Shown here piece by piece: positions 16,163 to 30,625 of a stretch of DNA of 64,000 bases. The notes under the pieces were generated by a model. The model ran no database searches, had not been told where the DNA came from, and worked only from the letters and a program-made list of their open reading frames with translations. Origin of the DNA: Eledone cirrhosa (Eukaryota); contig OZ024753.1 in assembly GCA_964016885.1 (NCBI GenBank), forward strand, positions 19,282,001-19,346,000, written 5' to 3'. The translations under genes and the position numbers were made by a program. Each line of letters starts with the position of its first letter. Positions within the stretch are counted from its first letter, which is position 1.

Positions 16163-16928
16163 TCGTTATACTTTGGGAGAGTCATGTTGCCAATAAGAAA
16201 CACACGCACCAGTAAACACACGCACCAGTTGCTTTCAATTCAATTTTTTATAATAAATTTATAAAGTTATAAATTTATAAATTTCCGGTTGGTTGGTTGG
16301 TTCCACAACCAGGTAGTTGTTTATATATTGTCAAAGTTCTTTCGTCACACATTCTGTGACCTCTTCAGTGACTGGGGATTCTTTTCTTTGTTTTTGTGCC
16401 TCTCCTTTGTTCTGTCCTACGCCATTTTTGTTTCTGTGTGTGTGTTGTGTGCTCAGTCTGCGCATGCGCCACATCCGAGTGTCTGTGTGTGTTTATATTC
16501 GTTTATTTATTTGTTTATTTACATGTTACAGGTTGGTTGTTTGTTCTATGTGCGTGTGTGTTTTCATGTTGTCCTTAATTGTAAGTTGTGATGTTGCTGT
16601 TCCACTCATATTTTCTATTTAATTTTGGTTGTAATTCTTTTATGTGTATTGCCTCTGTCATTTGTCTAAACATTGCGTCTTTTCTGTGTGTAGATTCTAT
16701 TTTTATTTCTATGTTCTCTAATTTACCCTTATGTTTTATTTTAGCATGTTGGTAGAGTACAGATGATTCTTTACTATCTTGAAGGTCTCGCCAGTGTTCA
16801 TTTATGAACACTGGCAGGTGGTGCGTGTGTTTCTTATTGGCAACATGACCCTCCCAAAGTATAACACTATCGGTTTCAACACACGTTTTCAGATCAAGAA
16901 TCTTGCTAAATAAATTCAGAAACGAAAT
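16163..16928 (-). mobile_element. 5'-truncated PLE (family C): GIY-YIG C-terminus, 3' region with HHR, and inverted terminal segment
   Basis: ORF 16575-16934 contains NEHWRDLQDSKESSVLYQHAKIKH...FRQMTEAIHIKELQPKLNRKYEW. 16165-16212 is inverted relative to 16818-16864. Confidence 0.8.
16330..16372 (-). ncRNA. Type I HHR motif, family C
   Basis: Minus strand: gtca-CTGAAGA-g-gtcaca/gaatg/tgtgac-GAAA-gaaCTT-tgac; stem I gtca/tgac with a minimal stem III. Confidence 0.7.
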
Positions 16929-17139
16929 ATACATATATCCATATATATATATATATATACATACATATACATATATATATATATATATACATATTTACAT
17001 ATATATATATATACATACATATACATATATATACTCATATATATATATACATACATATACATATATATACTCATATATATATATACATACATATGTATAC
17101 ATATATAGACATACATATACATACATACACACATATATT

Positions 17140-17405
17140 GAGATTGACGAAAATAGGGTACAAGAGGCAATTATGGAAATGAAGAATGGTAAGGCTGCTG
17201 GACCATCGGGGATAGTTGCTGTGATGCTGAATGCATCAGGGGACGTAGGCACGAAACTAGTTCCTCGCATCATTAATCAGGCTATATATGGTTGTGTCAT
17301 ACTCAAAGACTGGTGCAGCAGTATTCTCATAAATTGCTACAAAGGTAAAGGGGATGGTCTAGAGAAGAGCAATTATATTTCAGAGGTACTGAGCTATCTC
17401 TCAAC
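17140..17405 (+). mobile_element. RTE-clade LINE RT fragment
   Basis: [24 protein letters not shown]...[23 protein letters not shown]. Confidence 0.8.
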
Positions 17406-17594
17406 AGTACGTCCTCATCAGATAAAATAAGATGATGCATGACATACCCTGACATAGTAGATGGTTAAGATTCAGTCAGGGTAGTGAATATGATATGACG
17501 AGACTCAATATTTATATACCTTATGATTGAGACATGAACAAACTTTCAAACTCATTCTTTGATTTATTCATTGAACCATGTTTAACCTTTAAAA

Positions 17595-17630
<36 letters not shown>

Positions 17631-17633
<3 letters not shown>

Positions 17634-18068
17634 GAATTTCTATTTAAATTGTTGGGATACAACAAGCAAATATTTTTATAACTGATATAAAGCACTCAAC
17701 AAATTATTGGAGTAAATATACGATATATTAACAAATGGAAACTATATTTCTAAAACCATATTTATTTCATTATACATATTTCAAGGACACCAAGTTAAAT
17801 TATGGTGTGCTTTCATATTATAAAATATAATATAGAGCAGTTTTATAAATAAATATTGACATACCCTTAAAGAATGCTTCCTATCCGGGAGCTTCCAACA
17901 GAGATGGTCGCATTCTTTAAGGGTATGTCAATATTTATTTATAAAACTGCTCTATATTATATTTTATCTGATGAAAGCACACCATGATTTAACTTGGTGT
18001 CCTTGAAATATGTATAATGAAATAAATATGGTTTTATAAATATAATTTCCATTTGTTAATATATCGTA
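17631..18068. mobile_element. Family B HHR element, head-to-head palindrome in (TA)n
   Basis: Left arm to ~17878 is antisense. The right arm starts ctatccgggagcttccaacag at 17881. Confidence 0.8.
17960..18024 (+). ncRNA. Type I HHR, family B (intact core)
   Basis: Stem I tattttat/atgaaata; CTGATGA at 17968; stem II aagcacacca/tggtgtcctt; GAAA at 18005; minimal stem III; AUA cleavage triplet. Confidence 0.8.
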
Positions 18069-18209
18069 TATATATATATGTAGATAAATCTACCAAAATA
18101 TACGGTAGTGTCCAATCCGTATGAAGAACTTAATGTAATCCAAATATCATGAAAAAAGAAGATGTATTGAACATTTTTTCGATGAAAATCACAGCAAAAC
18201 AGAGTCAAG

Positions 18210-18715
<506 letters not shown>

Positions 18716-19039
18716 GTTCTATAAAGAACACTATAATCTTCTAACGACGCTTCTGTCTAAAACTGAGCAACACAAAGAACAAATAAGAGGATGAAATAAT
18801 ATTTATAATAGCTGCTATTGATTGGTATCTCTTATATTTCTATTATTTATTGACAGTATTTAGTCTCTGGACTACGGCTATAGCGTCCTAGGGCTATATT
18901 TCTGTTTGATCTCACATAACATGTGTTAGACTTGTTTCTTACCTTCACACACACCCAATTTATTTCTCTTTATATATATATGTGTGTGTTTATGTTTGTG
19001 TATGCATGTGCGTGACCATGTGAGTGCATACATATACGC

Positions 19040-19975
19040 GTGTGTTTATCTGTGTGTTTGTATCGGTGTCTCTGTGTGTGTTTATCTGTGTGTATGTGTG
19101 AGAGTGTTTGTATCGGTGTCTCTGTGTGCGTTTATCTGTATGTGTTTATCTGTGTGTATGTGTGTGAGTGTGTTTGTGTGAGAGTGTCTGTTTGTGTGTG
19201 TTTAACTGTGTGTATGTGTGAGAGTGTTTCTACCGGTGTGTCTGTGTGTGTTTATCTGTGTGTATGTGTGAGTGTTTCTACCGGTGTCTCTGTGTGTGTT
19301 TATCTGTGTGTATGTGTGAGTGTTTGTACCGGTGTGTCTGTGTGTGTTTATCTGTGTGTATGTGTGAGTGTTTGTACCGGTGTCTCTGTGTGTGTTTATC
19401 TGTGTGTATGTGTGAGTGTTTGTACCGGTGTGTCTGTGTGTGTTTATCTGTGTGTATGTGTGAGTGTTTGTACCGGTGTGTCTGTGTGTGTTTATCTGTG
19501 TGTATGTGTGAGTGTTTGTACCGGTGTGTCTGTGTGTGTTTATCTGTGCGTATGTGTGAGTGTGTTTGTATCGGTGTCTCTGTGTGTTTATCTGTGTGTA
19601 TGTGTGTGTGTGTTTCTACCGGTGTCTCTGTGTGTGTTTATATGTGTGTATGTGAGAGTGTTTGTACCGGTGTGTATGTGTGTGTTTATCTGTGTGTATG
19701 TGTGAGTGTTATACCGGTGTGTCTGTGTGTGTTTATATGTGTGTATGTGTGAGTGTTTATACCGGTGTCTCTGTGTGTGTTTATCTGTGTGTATGTGTGA
19801 GTGTTTGTATCGGTGTCTCTGTGTGTGTTTATCTGTGTGTATGTGTGAGTGTTTCTACCGGTGTATCTGTGTGTGTTTATCTGTGTGTATGTGTGAGAGT
19901 GTTTATACCGGTGTATCTGTGTGTGTTTATCTGTGTGTATGTGTGAGTGTTTATACCGGTGTGTCTGTGTGTGTT
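19040..19975. repeat. 48-bp (GT)-rich minisatellite, about 19 copies
   Basis: accggtg recurs at 19232, 19280 and 19328. Confidence 0.9.
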
Positions 19976-20369
19976 CAATCGATAATTTCTCTCTTCTTCT
20001 TTCGTAAAACACTTTTGTTTTATGAAAATATTTTCCAACGATTTATTTTGTTTTCCAAGTTATTTATCCATGTTCCGGTTTGGCCATTCTTCACATTCCG
20101 TTTCTTTATACTCGTGAACAATTATTGAATGTTAAAATGATTGCGGAAAGCATGAGTCGTTGATTCAATCTATTTTTAATAATGATATTTGTCCTTCTGT
20201 TTTATATAAGGAGACGTGGAGGCAACCGTAGCGGCTGACCTGTGACTTGTGTGTTTTAAACCAAGCACAGACCATACCTTCCCAGGGTTGAACACATTTG
20301 ACGTAGCGTGGGTGAGAGAGGGATATTTGCAGAGGGAATCGACCCCAGTACATTATTGTGGATCTTCGG

Positions 20370-20556
20370 TAGATTGGCAATATCGGTAGAGGGTCGGACG
20401 CATTGATTTGAGGCATAGAGTTACGGCCTTTGCCATTTTGAGTTCAAATCCTGCCGAGTTTAACTTGGCCTTTCATCCTTACGGGGTCGATAAAATAAAG
20501 TACCAGTGATGCACTGGGTTTTTGCTGGCTTTGTGCCAAAAGTAGAAACAATTATT
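20370..20556 (+). mobile_element. tRNA-derived SINE
   Basis: Same family as 3276-3470. Confidence 0.85.
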
Positions 20557-21165
20557 ATGGATCTTTTAAAGATGAAAGGGGATATTTACATGGATACAGC
20601 ACATTTCTTCCAGAGATGGGTGAATGAGAGACAAAAGATAGTTAGAATGGATGAAAAGTAAAGTTGAACCGAGGAGGAATTGAAACACCGACGCAGAGTG
20701 CTGGTAGATCAGGAAACTTTCTATCCAACAGTCTAATGATTCTGCCATTTATCAGGCTTTATAGCAACTGTAATAAGGAAGAGGGGATTCCCCTGAAGAG
20801 AAAATAGGTCATGATTTACGTTTACTGATAACCACTTGTTGATCGAACGTATTTTACGGGAGACATGACATATTTATAATTATTTTTGCTTGTGTAGTTA
20901 TATTCATTAAATAGTCTCATAGTCACACACACACACACACACACCAACACCCACACACCCATACCCACACACACCCAAAACACACACACGCGCGCGCGCG
21001 CGCATACACACACACACGTGATTAGATATCTATGTCTGTTCAATCTCTCCTGGTGTCTCCTCTCTACACGTTCTCTCTCTCTCTTCTCCTTCTCTTCTTT
21101 CTATTTATCCTCCTTCCTCTTCTTTCTCTCTCTCTCTTCTCTCTCTCTCTCTCTCTCTCTCTATG

Positions 21166-21219
<54 letters not shown>

Positions 21220-21236
21220 TGTATATATATATATAT

Positions 21237-21443
21237 ATAACGAAGGAAATGTGGTAAGGAACCAGGTGGACCATAACGCACCAAAGTACTCAATACTTAG
21301 TGTAGTAGAGTGGGTAATAGGAACTAGTAGGACCCCGACGGCTGAGCTCAAGCCGTTTCGACGGCTAATTCTGGAATCAGAATTCTGAGTTCAGAATTAG
21401 CCGTCGAAACCGCTTTAGCTCAGCCGTCGGGGTCCTACTCGTT

Positions 21444-21448
<5 letters not shown>
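21237..21448. mobile_element. Family A solo pLTR palindrome
   Basis: Long minus arm and short plus arm; centre lies between gacggctaattctgg and cagaattagccgtcGAAA; flanked by (TA)n on both sides. Confidence 0.85.
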
Positions 21449-21529
<81 letters not shown>

Positions 21530-21532
<3 letters not shown>

Positions 21533-21915
21533 GATATTAACAAATGGAAACTATATTTATAAAACCATATTTATTTCCTTATACATATTTCAAGGACACC
21601 AAATTAAATTATGGTGTGCTTTCATCAGATAAAATATAATACTATCCGGGAGCTTCCAACAGCAATGGTTGCATTGTTTAAAGGTATGTTAATATTTATT
21701 TATAAAACTGATCTATATTATATTTTATCTGATGAAAGCACACCATAATTTAACTTGGTGTCCTTGAAATATGTATAATGAAATAAATATGGTTTTATAA
21801 ATATAGTTTACATTTGTTAATATCATATTTTTACTCCAAATATTTCTTGAGTGATTTATATCAGTTATAAAAATATTTGCTTGTTGTATCCCAACAATTT
21901 AAATAGAACTTTTAC
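21530..21915. mobile_element. Family B palindrome with two HHR cores (minus 21572-21636, plus 21721-21785)
   Basis: tcatcag at 21622-21628 and CTGATGA at 21729-21735; the right arm starts ctatccggg at 21642. Confidence 0.85.
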
Positions 21916-21971
21916 ATATATATATTCGTGTGGGTGTCTATGTATGTGTGTGTGTATGTATGTGTATGTGT

Positions 21972-22165
21972 GGAGGCACGTGGCCTAGTGGTAAGGGTGT
22001 TGGACGTGCGATCATAATGTCGTGGGTTCGATTCCTTGGCTGAGTGTTGTGTTCTTGAATAAAACACTTCATTTCGTATTGCTCCAGTATACTCAGCTGA
22101 AAATGAGTACAAGTAATAGGTTGGGGTTTAACTCTGCGATGGACTGGCGTCTTGACCAGGGAAGC
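21972..22165 (+). mobile_element. Second tRNA-derived SINE family (CORE-like)
   Basis: A-box tggcctagtgg, B-box gggttcgattcc, then cttgaataaaacacttcatttc...ctgcgatggactggcgtc. Related copies at 22663-22935 (+), 58850-58950 (-) and 62215-62326 (-). Confidence 0.75.
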
Positions 22166-22302
22166 AGAGTTTTTTACTCTAACTTAAGATAGACTTATAT
22201 ATATGTATACTTTACTACAGGTTGTCCCCCAAAAATGTATACACACTTCAACATCATTCTAATGCTTATGTGTATATATTTTTTGGGGGACAGCCTGCAT
22301 AT

Positions 22303-22358
<56 letters not shown>

Positions 22359-22662
22359 CGTATATGTATATGTATACACAAAAAACATACATAGGAATAC
22401 ATACAAAAACACACACATACACGTAGGAATACAAACACACACACACATACACACTCATACAAGACAGATGACTATATACATATAAATGATACACATCTTT
22501 CATGTAAAGAGATACATCTGTCTTAAGAGTGTTTTAAAGGTTTTATTATGGAATATTAAGTTACGGGGTCGATAAAATAAAGTACCAGTAATACACTGTT
22601 CTAATTGCTGGCCTAGTGCCAACAGTAGACACAATTAAGTTGCGTATTATAAATCAGGCGTG

Positions 22663-22935
22663 AAGGCGCATGTCTTAGTGTTTGGAGCATTAGGCATGCA
22701 ATCGAAATAGTTCAATTCTCGGACCGGGTGACGTGTTGTTTCCTTGAGCAAGACACTTTATTTCACGTTAATCCAGTTTACTCAGTTGAAAATGAGTACC
22801 AACAATAGATGGAGGTTTAACCCTGCGACAGACTGGCGTCCTGTCCAGGGGGGAGTACTGTACTCTCAGTCGCTTCACGCCACGGAACCGGGATAAGCTC
22901 CGGCCAAATGAGCTTTCTGGCTTAAGACAGACTTT
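22663..22935 (+). mobile_element. Second-family tRNA SINE
   Basis: ccttgagcaagacactttatttcacg...gactggcgtcctgtccagggg...cgccacggaaccgg. Confidence 0.75.
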
Positions 22936-25175
22936 AGACTTTCTGGATTGTAAATCAGGTACAGTTGTTTTTTCTGGAATAGTGTCCCAGTAACAGTTTG
23001 AAATAGTAGCAAGTTTTGTCATGTTGTTGTTGTTGTTGTCGTTTTTGTTGTTGTTGTTGGTGGTGGCGGTGGTATTGTTGTTGTCGGTGTACTTGTTGTT
23101 GGTGGTGGTGTCGTTGTTGTTGTTGTTGGTGGTGATGGTGGTGGTGGTGTGGTTGTTGGTGGTGGTGGTGTCGCTGTTGTTGTTGTTGGTGGTGTCGTTG
23201 TTGTTGTTGGTGGTGGTTGTGGTGGTGTCGTTGTTGTTGGTGGTGGTGGTGTCATTGCTGTTGTTGTTGTCGTTGTTGTTATTGTTGGTGTCGTTGTTGT
23301 TGTTCTTATGTTTTTTGTTGTTGGTGCCGTTGCTGTCGTTGCTGTTGTTGTTGTTCTTCTTCTTCTTCTTGTCGTTATTCTTGTTAAAGATGAATGATGG
23401 AACATATTTGTGTATTTGTAAAGCGTTGAAATTAATGCATGCAAGATTTCACAGCCCTAGCATCACTCCTTCATAGTCAGACTAAGAATGTTTGCAGCTG
23501 ACTCTTACAGTTATATTCCTTTATGTACTGAGTTCAAATTTCCCACATTTCTAATTTGTGGGGTTAGCCCCGTTCAATAAGACAATTCTAGCTAAAGCCA
23601 ATTATCAATTTTACTTGAAAGATATTTGTAAAAGACTTATATTTCAACATGTTGATCTTGTCAGATTTAATATTTGATATAATGACGTTGCTGTCTCTCC
23701 CATGAATACAATATAATGGAGTTATGGCACACCACTTATAGAAGCTGAAGAATATTACACAAATCGATAAAATAATTGCTAATCATGTATTGATTTCTTT
23801 TCGATGGAATAGTTCCCGCCAAAAAAAATAATAATAAAAGAAATTAATAAATTCTTGGGCCTTGTATATATTTAAATTCTTCTTCTTATTATTATAATCG
23901 TTGCCGGTTGTCAGATTTCTTAGCTTGTTTGACAAAATAAATTACGGCATTTAGTTATGTCTTTTGTAACTTTTTTATTTCAAACCTCACACTGCTGTCA
24001 GCTATGGTTTTACAATAAACAGGTTAATACTGGGTTCAATTAGTCGACCTTCCCCCGACCCCATTGTGCCTAAATTAAAAACCATTGTCATCACGAGGCG
24101 ATAGATTATCACAATTGTGTGCGAATCTAACAAAATACCAAATTTTAATTTTCTGGCTTTTTGCATTCTGAGTTCAAATCCGTTCATGTTATATTTGTTG
24201 TCATTTTCTTAGTTCGATAAATTAAAGTACTAATTAAGTACTGTAGTCGATCTAATCAACTTCCACCAAAGTGCAAATATTTGCTACACTTGTCTCTTAT
24301 TTCAACGTATTAATATTACTTCATCATGTTTTGAAAACCTTCCCGTATGTTTGAGAGATACACATGCTTCTGTTCCTTATACACGAAATCTGTGCAGTAT
24401 TGTATATTTGAGGGGAAAACACTGTTTCTATCTTACATCCGTTTATTTGCGCGGTTTTCATTTTATTTTTTCTTGAGTTAATTTTGTGTTTGTTAGGTAA
24501 AATATAGACTGGGTGAATTTTGTGTGTTTTGTATGTGTTTGTTTTTTAGGTAGAATAGAGACTGGGTGAGTTTTGTGTGTGTTTGTTGGGTAGAATAGAG
24601 ACTGGATGAGTTTTATGTGTGTTTGTATGTGTCTGTTGGGTAGAATAAGACTGAGTGAGTCTTGTCTATTTATATGTGACTGTTGCTATATTTTGTTAAA
24701 TTGTGGTAATTGTATTTCGTATAAATTGTGTGAGTTACGTTAGTTAGCGTTTGCAGATAATTAGGTGGGTGTAAGCTTAGTGGGTTGTATTATATTCTTG
24801 GGTGGTACTATAAGATATGAGCTGATGGTGAGATGCAGAATGAGATCTATTATTGGATGTTGATTATGTAAGAATACGTGTTGTGTTATTTTATTGGTTC
24901 TTCACTCCGTTCAGTATATACCATTGCTCTATTATTCCCTGTTAATTCTGTAGAGTATGTTTTTGTATGAATGGTGTATAAACATTACTTTGTGAATTGC
25001 AGTATTGAATAGAAGGTGTGTTGCGTAGGATGTGGGTTGGACACATCACAGTAGTTTGTGAACTGTATGGCAATTTGTGATCCCCGTATGTTTTATTTAT
25101 TTGTGTCTGTTTTTATTCATGTTCATTGTTATCGTTCATAAAACCGTCAATAATTATTGATACAAGTTCCACTTT

Positions 25176-25217
<42 letters not shown>

Positions 25218-25398
25218 AATATATATATATGCATACATATATATACACACACACATACATATATATATATAGACATATATACACACACATATATATATGT
25301 ATATGTTTTATATATATATATATATATTCATATATAAACATATATATATATATATTTACACACACACACATATATATATAGACACATATATATATATA

Positions 25399-25464
<66 letters not shown>

Positions 25465-25532
25465 ATATATGTGATGTGACCAGTCCCGGTGATTATCTCC
25501 TGGTGATTATCTCTTTGACCATATATGGAATT

Positions 25533-25641
25533 ACCCCTTGATAAGCTCGGCTATTTAAATACCAGAATAAATTTTCATTCAGTCCAGAATTAGCCGTCGA
25601 AACGGCTTGAGCTCAGCCGTCGGGGTCTTACTTGTTCCTAT
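25533..25641 (+). ncRNA. Full-length but decayed family A type I HHR
   Basis: acccc-TTGATAA (CTGATGA with two changes)-gctcggcta...tagccgtc-GAAA-cggct/tgagctc/agccGTC-ggggt; stem I acccc/ggggt. Confidence 0.65.
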
Positions 25642-25647
25642 TATATT

Positions 25648-25821
<174 letters not shown>

Positions 25822-27153
25822 CATATATAAATATATATACTTAAAGAACGTAAGAACGTTGCAATTTTATAATGGCTCGTTCTATTTCCGTTTTAAACGA
25901 AAGCGAGGACGTCTTCAAGAGAATAGGGATATTTTCATTGTTTTATTTGCTAAATATATATTCACATTCTGTCTTTGTCAACATTGCTTCCGTTTTAAAA
26001 CAACACACACAATAAATTGGAAAAAGACTTGCTACAATTGAACAGAATCACCGATACACACAGAGGCTCATGTTTGCATACACACACACAAACATATTTA
26101 CATACACAGAAACATACACATACACAGACACCGAACACCTGTTTTCTCAATGAACATGACAATTAACGTCTTATCCTATACTTTTAAGAAATGAATTTAA
26201 AGAATCACATTCTCATACCTGGACTAACATTATAATTATAGAATAGCGCCAAGCTTATGGAACCATCTGTCTGACTTTCGGAATGGAGGAGGATAAGTAA
26301 AGAGAAGCAGAAATATTGACACACCGACACACAAGATTATACTTCAACGTGCAGAGGTAAAGAGAAAAATAGTTGTCAGAGAATGCAATTCACAACAATT
26401 CTGTGTCATAGTTGCTTCTGTTAACCAATATGGACAGGCAATAAATGAGAAAGCAATATAAAATATGTTGTCGGGTGGTGTCTGTATGGATTTTCAAAAT
26501 ATCATAGCCACTGACCACTTCAAGGCCAGATCTTACACCCATCCATTTTTATGCGCAAAATCAAATGAAATAAATTTAAAACTGCAGCGAGACAGGTCAC
26601 GTGTTATAATTCTGGCAGCAAAAACAATTTCCGATATTTCTGACTTGAGGAGCTGAATACCAAGTAAAACAATATCCTGGGGCTACTACCCCTAAAGCAC
26701 CATGAAACAGATCACTAGTACTGTTTACTAGAATAATCGGAATATCTGACCCTTCTCAGCTTCCTGATGCAAAAGACGCCGAAGTAAAAAGGAAGTTACA
26801 CTCACAGAAAGAGGGGCAATTCTGAAATACCTCCACCAATAAACACCTCACCTTTTTTTATGGTGCAGGCGGAAATTGGAATTGAGGACGGTTGTTAGAC
26901 TACTGTAACAGTATTAGAGAGAAACTAGAAATATAACAAAATATAAATACATTTCTATGAATTATCGACAAACGACACTAAACGGTGGGATTCCCTGAAA
27001 TATAGCTGCGGGTAAAACCTACCACACTGCCTTGCTTAATAATGTGTGTGTTATAGTAAAGATTCACGTCTTATAAGAGGATTTTGATGGCCAGGATTAC
27101 TTAACGTAGTGCCTAACGTATTTTCCATACACACACACACACACGCGCGTGCG

Positions 27154-27208
<55 letters not shown>

Positions 27209-27225
27209 ACACATATATATATATA

Positions 27226-27272
<47 letters not shown>

Positions 27273-27875
27273 ATGTATATATATATAGTAACATGTATCC
27301 CAGTACAACATGTCTCATGGTCGGGTCGTTGGCGACTAAACTGACAACCCCACCAAGGTTTCTTGGTGAGGAGGGTTACTTTGGACATCCTGCAGGACTA
27401 AAAACAAAACCTGTCAAAGGCCAAAGGAGCTCTTAAGAGTCAATGGCCATCCAAAATCACCGGGAGAGATGACCCCTTAGCCTTTGTCAAGGCAGAATTC
27501 TAGGAGAATGACAACTCTGATATAACACCTGCAACCCTGATGGTATCCAATGATGTTGACTTGTTCTTCATTTTGGTAAATATCATCTTGGTTAAGAGAG
27601 TGGGACTGGCTTTGTGCAGTGCCTTTGCTCACTATAAAAGCTTCACGGCACAGGCATTGTTTTATATCTGGAGATCTCTCTGCACTTGTCGTCACATGGT
27701 ACCATGGGCCAAGCAATGTGTGTCAATAATTGTCACAAGTTTAGTGTTTGTACCAGAGTTTTCAAATCGCTGGCTGGAATAAAATGTCACACTCGTTCAG
27801 CGCATCGGGCAGGGGTTCTTCTACATTGATATAAAGTAGTGGCCGTACTCGAAAACGAGTTGGCAGCCACCATAT

Positions 27876-28240
27876 ATAGTAAAAGAATGAAGAATAACAT
27901 GGTCGGCTGTACAATAGGGTTTATTTACAGTATTAACAATTGTTTCATTAGTCAGGAGTGTCTAAAAGCCGCTGATCGTTAGAAGTTACGTCACTCGACA
28001 TACCTGACTAATGAAATAATTGTTAATACGTTAAATAAATCATATTGTAAAGCCGATCCTGCTATTCTTCATTCGTTTACTATTATTACTCCAAGAACAG
28101 CCTGCCTAGGAACTTTCTTAAACCGGCCACCCGACTAAGGACACTAAGGAAATAACGCCGTACGTTAAAAGTTATCCTCGACACAGAGTACTCATAACCT
28201 CTAGCTGGATTACCATAAACGATATCTTCTTATCCTATTC
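27876..28240. mobile_element. Family E HHR element palindrome
   Basis: Arms 27876-27956 and 28003-28083 surround a 46-nt loop; GAAA(c/t)aattgtt stem III; the plus arm continues to (TA)n at ~28240. Confidence 0.75.
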
Positions 28241-28311
28241 ATATATATATATATATAGTGAAAAAAATGAAGAGTAACATGGTTGCTGTACAACAAGGGG
28301 CTTTATTTCAG

Positions 28312-28414
28312 GTATTGACAATTGTTTCATTGATCAAGTGAGTCGCTACTCGCTTAAAGTTGCGTCACTCGATTTCCATTACGTTATTTACCCCTGATCA
28401 ACACATCAGAATAC
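28312..28414 (-). ncRNA. Type I HHR, family E (A9 mutated), long stem II
   Basis: Minus strand: gtatt-CTGATGT-gttgatcag...ttgatcaat-GAAA-caattGTC-aatac; palindromic stem III ACAATTGT. Confidence 0.75.
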
Positions 28415-28828
28415 GAAGATATATACTATATATATATATATATATACTATAGGTGATTCCGTGAATTACTAGTGGTTGTACGACAAAAAGCACGCTATCC
28501 ACATGCAGAGTGTGCATATTAAAAACAACTGATGATTCGTTTACATGTATTAGATTTTTAATGTCTATTTGATTTGTATGCGCGTTTCGCAAAGGATTGA
28601 CTCAGAGTCAACTGTAAACCTTATGGGCCTGATTCATTATCGATCTGCTCCTGAAACTGGCGATGCGACAAAAAATGTAGTGTTTTTAATATATATATAG
28701 AGAGAGAGAGAACAAGAATGAAACATTCATTCTACTGACATGGCTTTAAAAATTAGGCTTGTTTGCATAATTGCAAACGAATCCAATGTTATTATTAATA
28801 TTCGAAAAACAAAGATTACATTTATATA

Positions 28829-28997
<169 letters not shown>

Positions 28998-29116
28998 GCA
29001 TATATATATATATATATATGTGTATATATATATATATACATATATAGAAGTGGTTACACAACAGTAAGTTCACCTTACCGAGAATCCTCAGCTCCTAATG
29101 AAAATGGTTCAACCAC

Positions 29117-29172
<56 letters not shown>

Positions 29173-29196
29173 ACCTTATTAGCTGTGGCGTGTCGC

Positions 29197-29240
<44 letters not shown>

Positions 29241-29546
29241 GTGACACGCGCCCGCTAATAAGGTCACGCTCCCTTTCAGCTTCCTGTTTACACCAAAGCC
29301 AGTCTTTGAATAACGAAATATACATGCCAAAAAGCGCCCACGTGCGCACCTACACACACAGATCCTTAAATGCTCGCGCGGTTACGTAGACACGCACACA
29401 AACATCTGTGAATACACCCTCCATTGCCACCCCACCAGTTACACCACAATACACACATACCCCACACACAAATATAGGAGTGATGTATATATATATATAC
29501 CTTCTCATCCATCGTACCACAACAAAGTTATATCTCTTCTCACGAC

Positions 29547-29625
29547 ACCTGTCTGACGAGCAAATCGGATCAGAACTCCTATGTGTTACCTTGAGCCAAT
29601 CCTCAGCAAAACACGCGTAACAGGT
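29547..29625 (+). ncRNA. Decayed type I HHR (separate family)
   Basis: acctgt-CTGACGA-gc...gc-AAAA (G12>A)-cacgcGTA-acaggt; perfect 6-bp stem I. Confidence 0.65.
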
Positions 29626-29788
29626 CGATAGACAATACATACTTTTTTATATGTAAACGATACTTCCTCTTTTTTTTATTGTTATATATATATAAATATT
29701 TACACACACACACACACACATATATATATGTATATATATATATGTATATATATATATGTATATATGTATATATATATGGGTATATATA

Positions 29789-29821
<33 letters not shown>

Positions 29822-30092
29822 CATAGACAACCTATGTATTTCTAGGGGTACCTAGTATCCCTGGACATATTAACTTCTACCTTTTTCTCCGTCCGTTGAG
29901 AACAAATCTGTTGCTCTACTTGGCTGCTATTTTTTTAGTAGTAATTGTAGACAGCAAGTCTTTGATTTTCCCGCTTTTACTTCGGTCCAGTTTACATACG
30001 GGTCACTTTTACGACCTTTCAGACCTTTATTAGCTGGCAGGAGGTTGTATATTTTGTCGTTCCTGGGACGTTTAGCCCTAGGAAGGGAAAAT

Positions 30093-30174
30093 GCTTCTCT
30101 GATGAGCTTTGGTTTTCCATCATAAATCCATCGGATTTATGAGGTTTTACAAAGCGAAACTGATCAGTAAGGGC
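30093..30174 (+). ncRNA. Type I HHR, family F (intact core)
   Basis: CTGATGA at 30099; stem II gctttg...cataaatcc/ggatttatg...caaagc; GAAA-ctgatcaGTA with palindromic stem III ACTGATCAGT; the element spans ~30020-30190. Confidence 0.8.
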
Positions 30175-30342
30175 CACTAGAAGAGGTAAATATTTATATT
30201 ATATTTTTTAATGTATTTTGAAAAATTGATTGAATTTTACTTGTTCTGCTTATCTTAATATGTATATATATATATATATATATGTGTATATTTATATATT
30301 TATATATATATATATGTGTGTATATTTATATATATATATATA

Positions 30343-30625
30343 TATAAATCAGGAAAGAAGATTGACATGGTTTGCAATACAAAAAAGGTTTTTTATCTCA
30401 TTGCTAACAATTGTTTCTCTTGCAGACCATGTCAATCTTCTTTCCTGATTTATTATTACTCCAAGTGTTTACATCATAGGAATTACAGCATACTCGCAAC
30501 ATCACTATGAATACGCCTTGTTGAGTCAAACCAAGCCTAGCGTTGATATCATCTACTACCCGGAATACTATAACTGGACTACACCTAAGGGGACTGGATA
30601 TAACTATTATTTGTTACCCCGTATA
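30343..30625. mobile_element. Family E-related palindromic element
   Basis: Arms 30343-30376 and 30420-30453; the loop holds antisense GAAACAATTGTT; shares tattactccaag with 28085. Confidence 0.65.

Noticed and set aside
16865-16900. HHR-like CTGAAAA...GAAAccgata on the minus strand
   Set aside because: Antisense to the element, non-canonical core and no stem I; the family's real HHR is at 16330-16372.
24300-25140. Possible decayed PLE coding region (ISYSTT motif on minus)
   Set aside because: Only one short motif amid many stops; not supportable without a search.
27300-27830. Possible RTE 5' UTR and C-terminal zinc-finger remnant (VCTRVFKSLAGIKCH)
   Set aside because: Suggestive only; too degraded to assign by eye.
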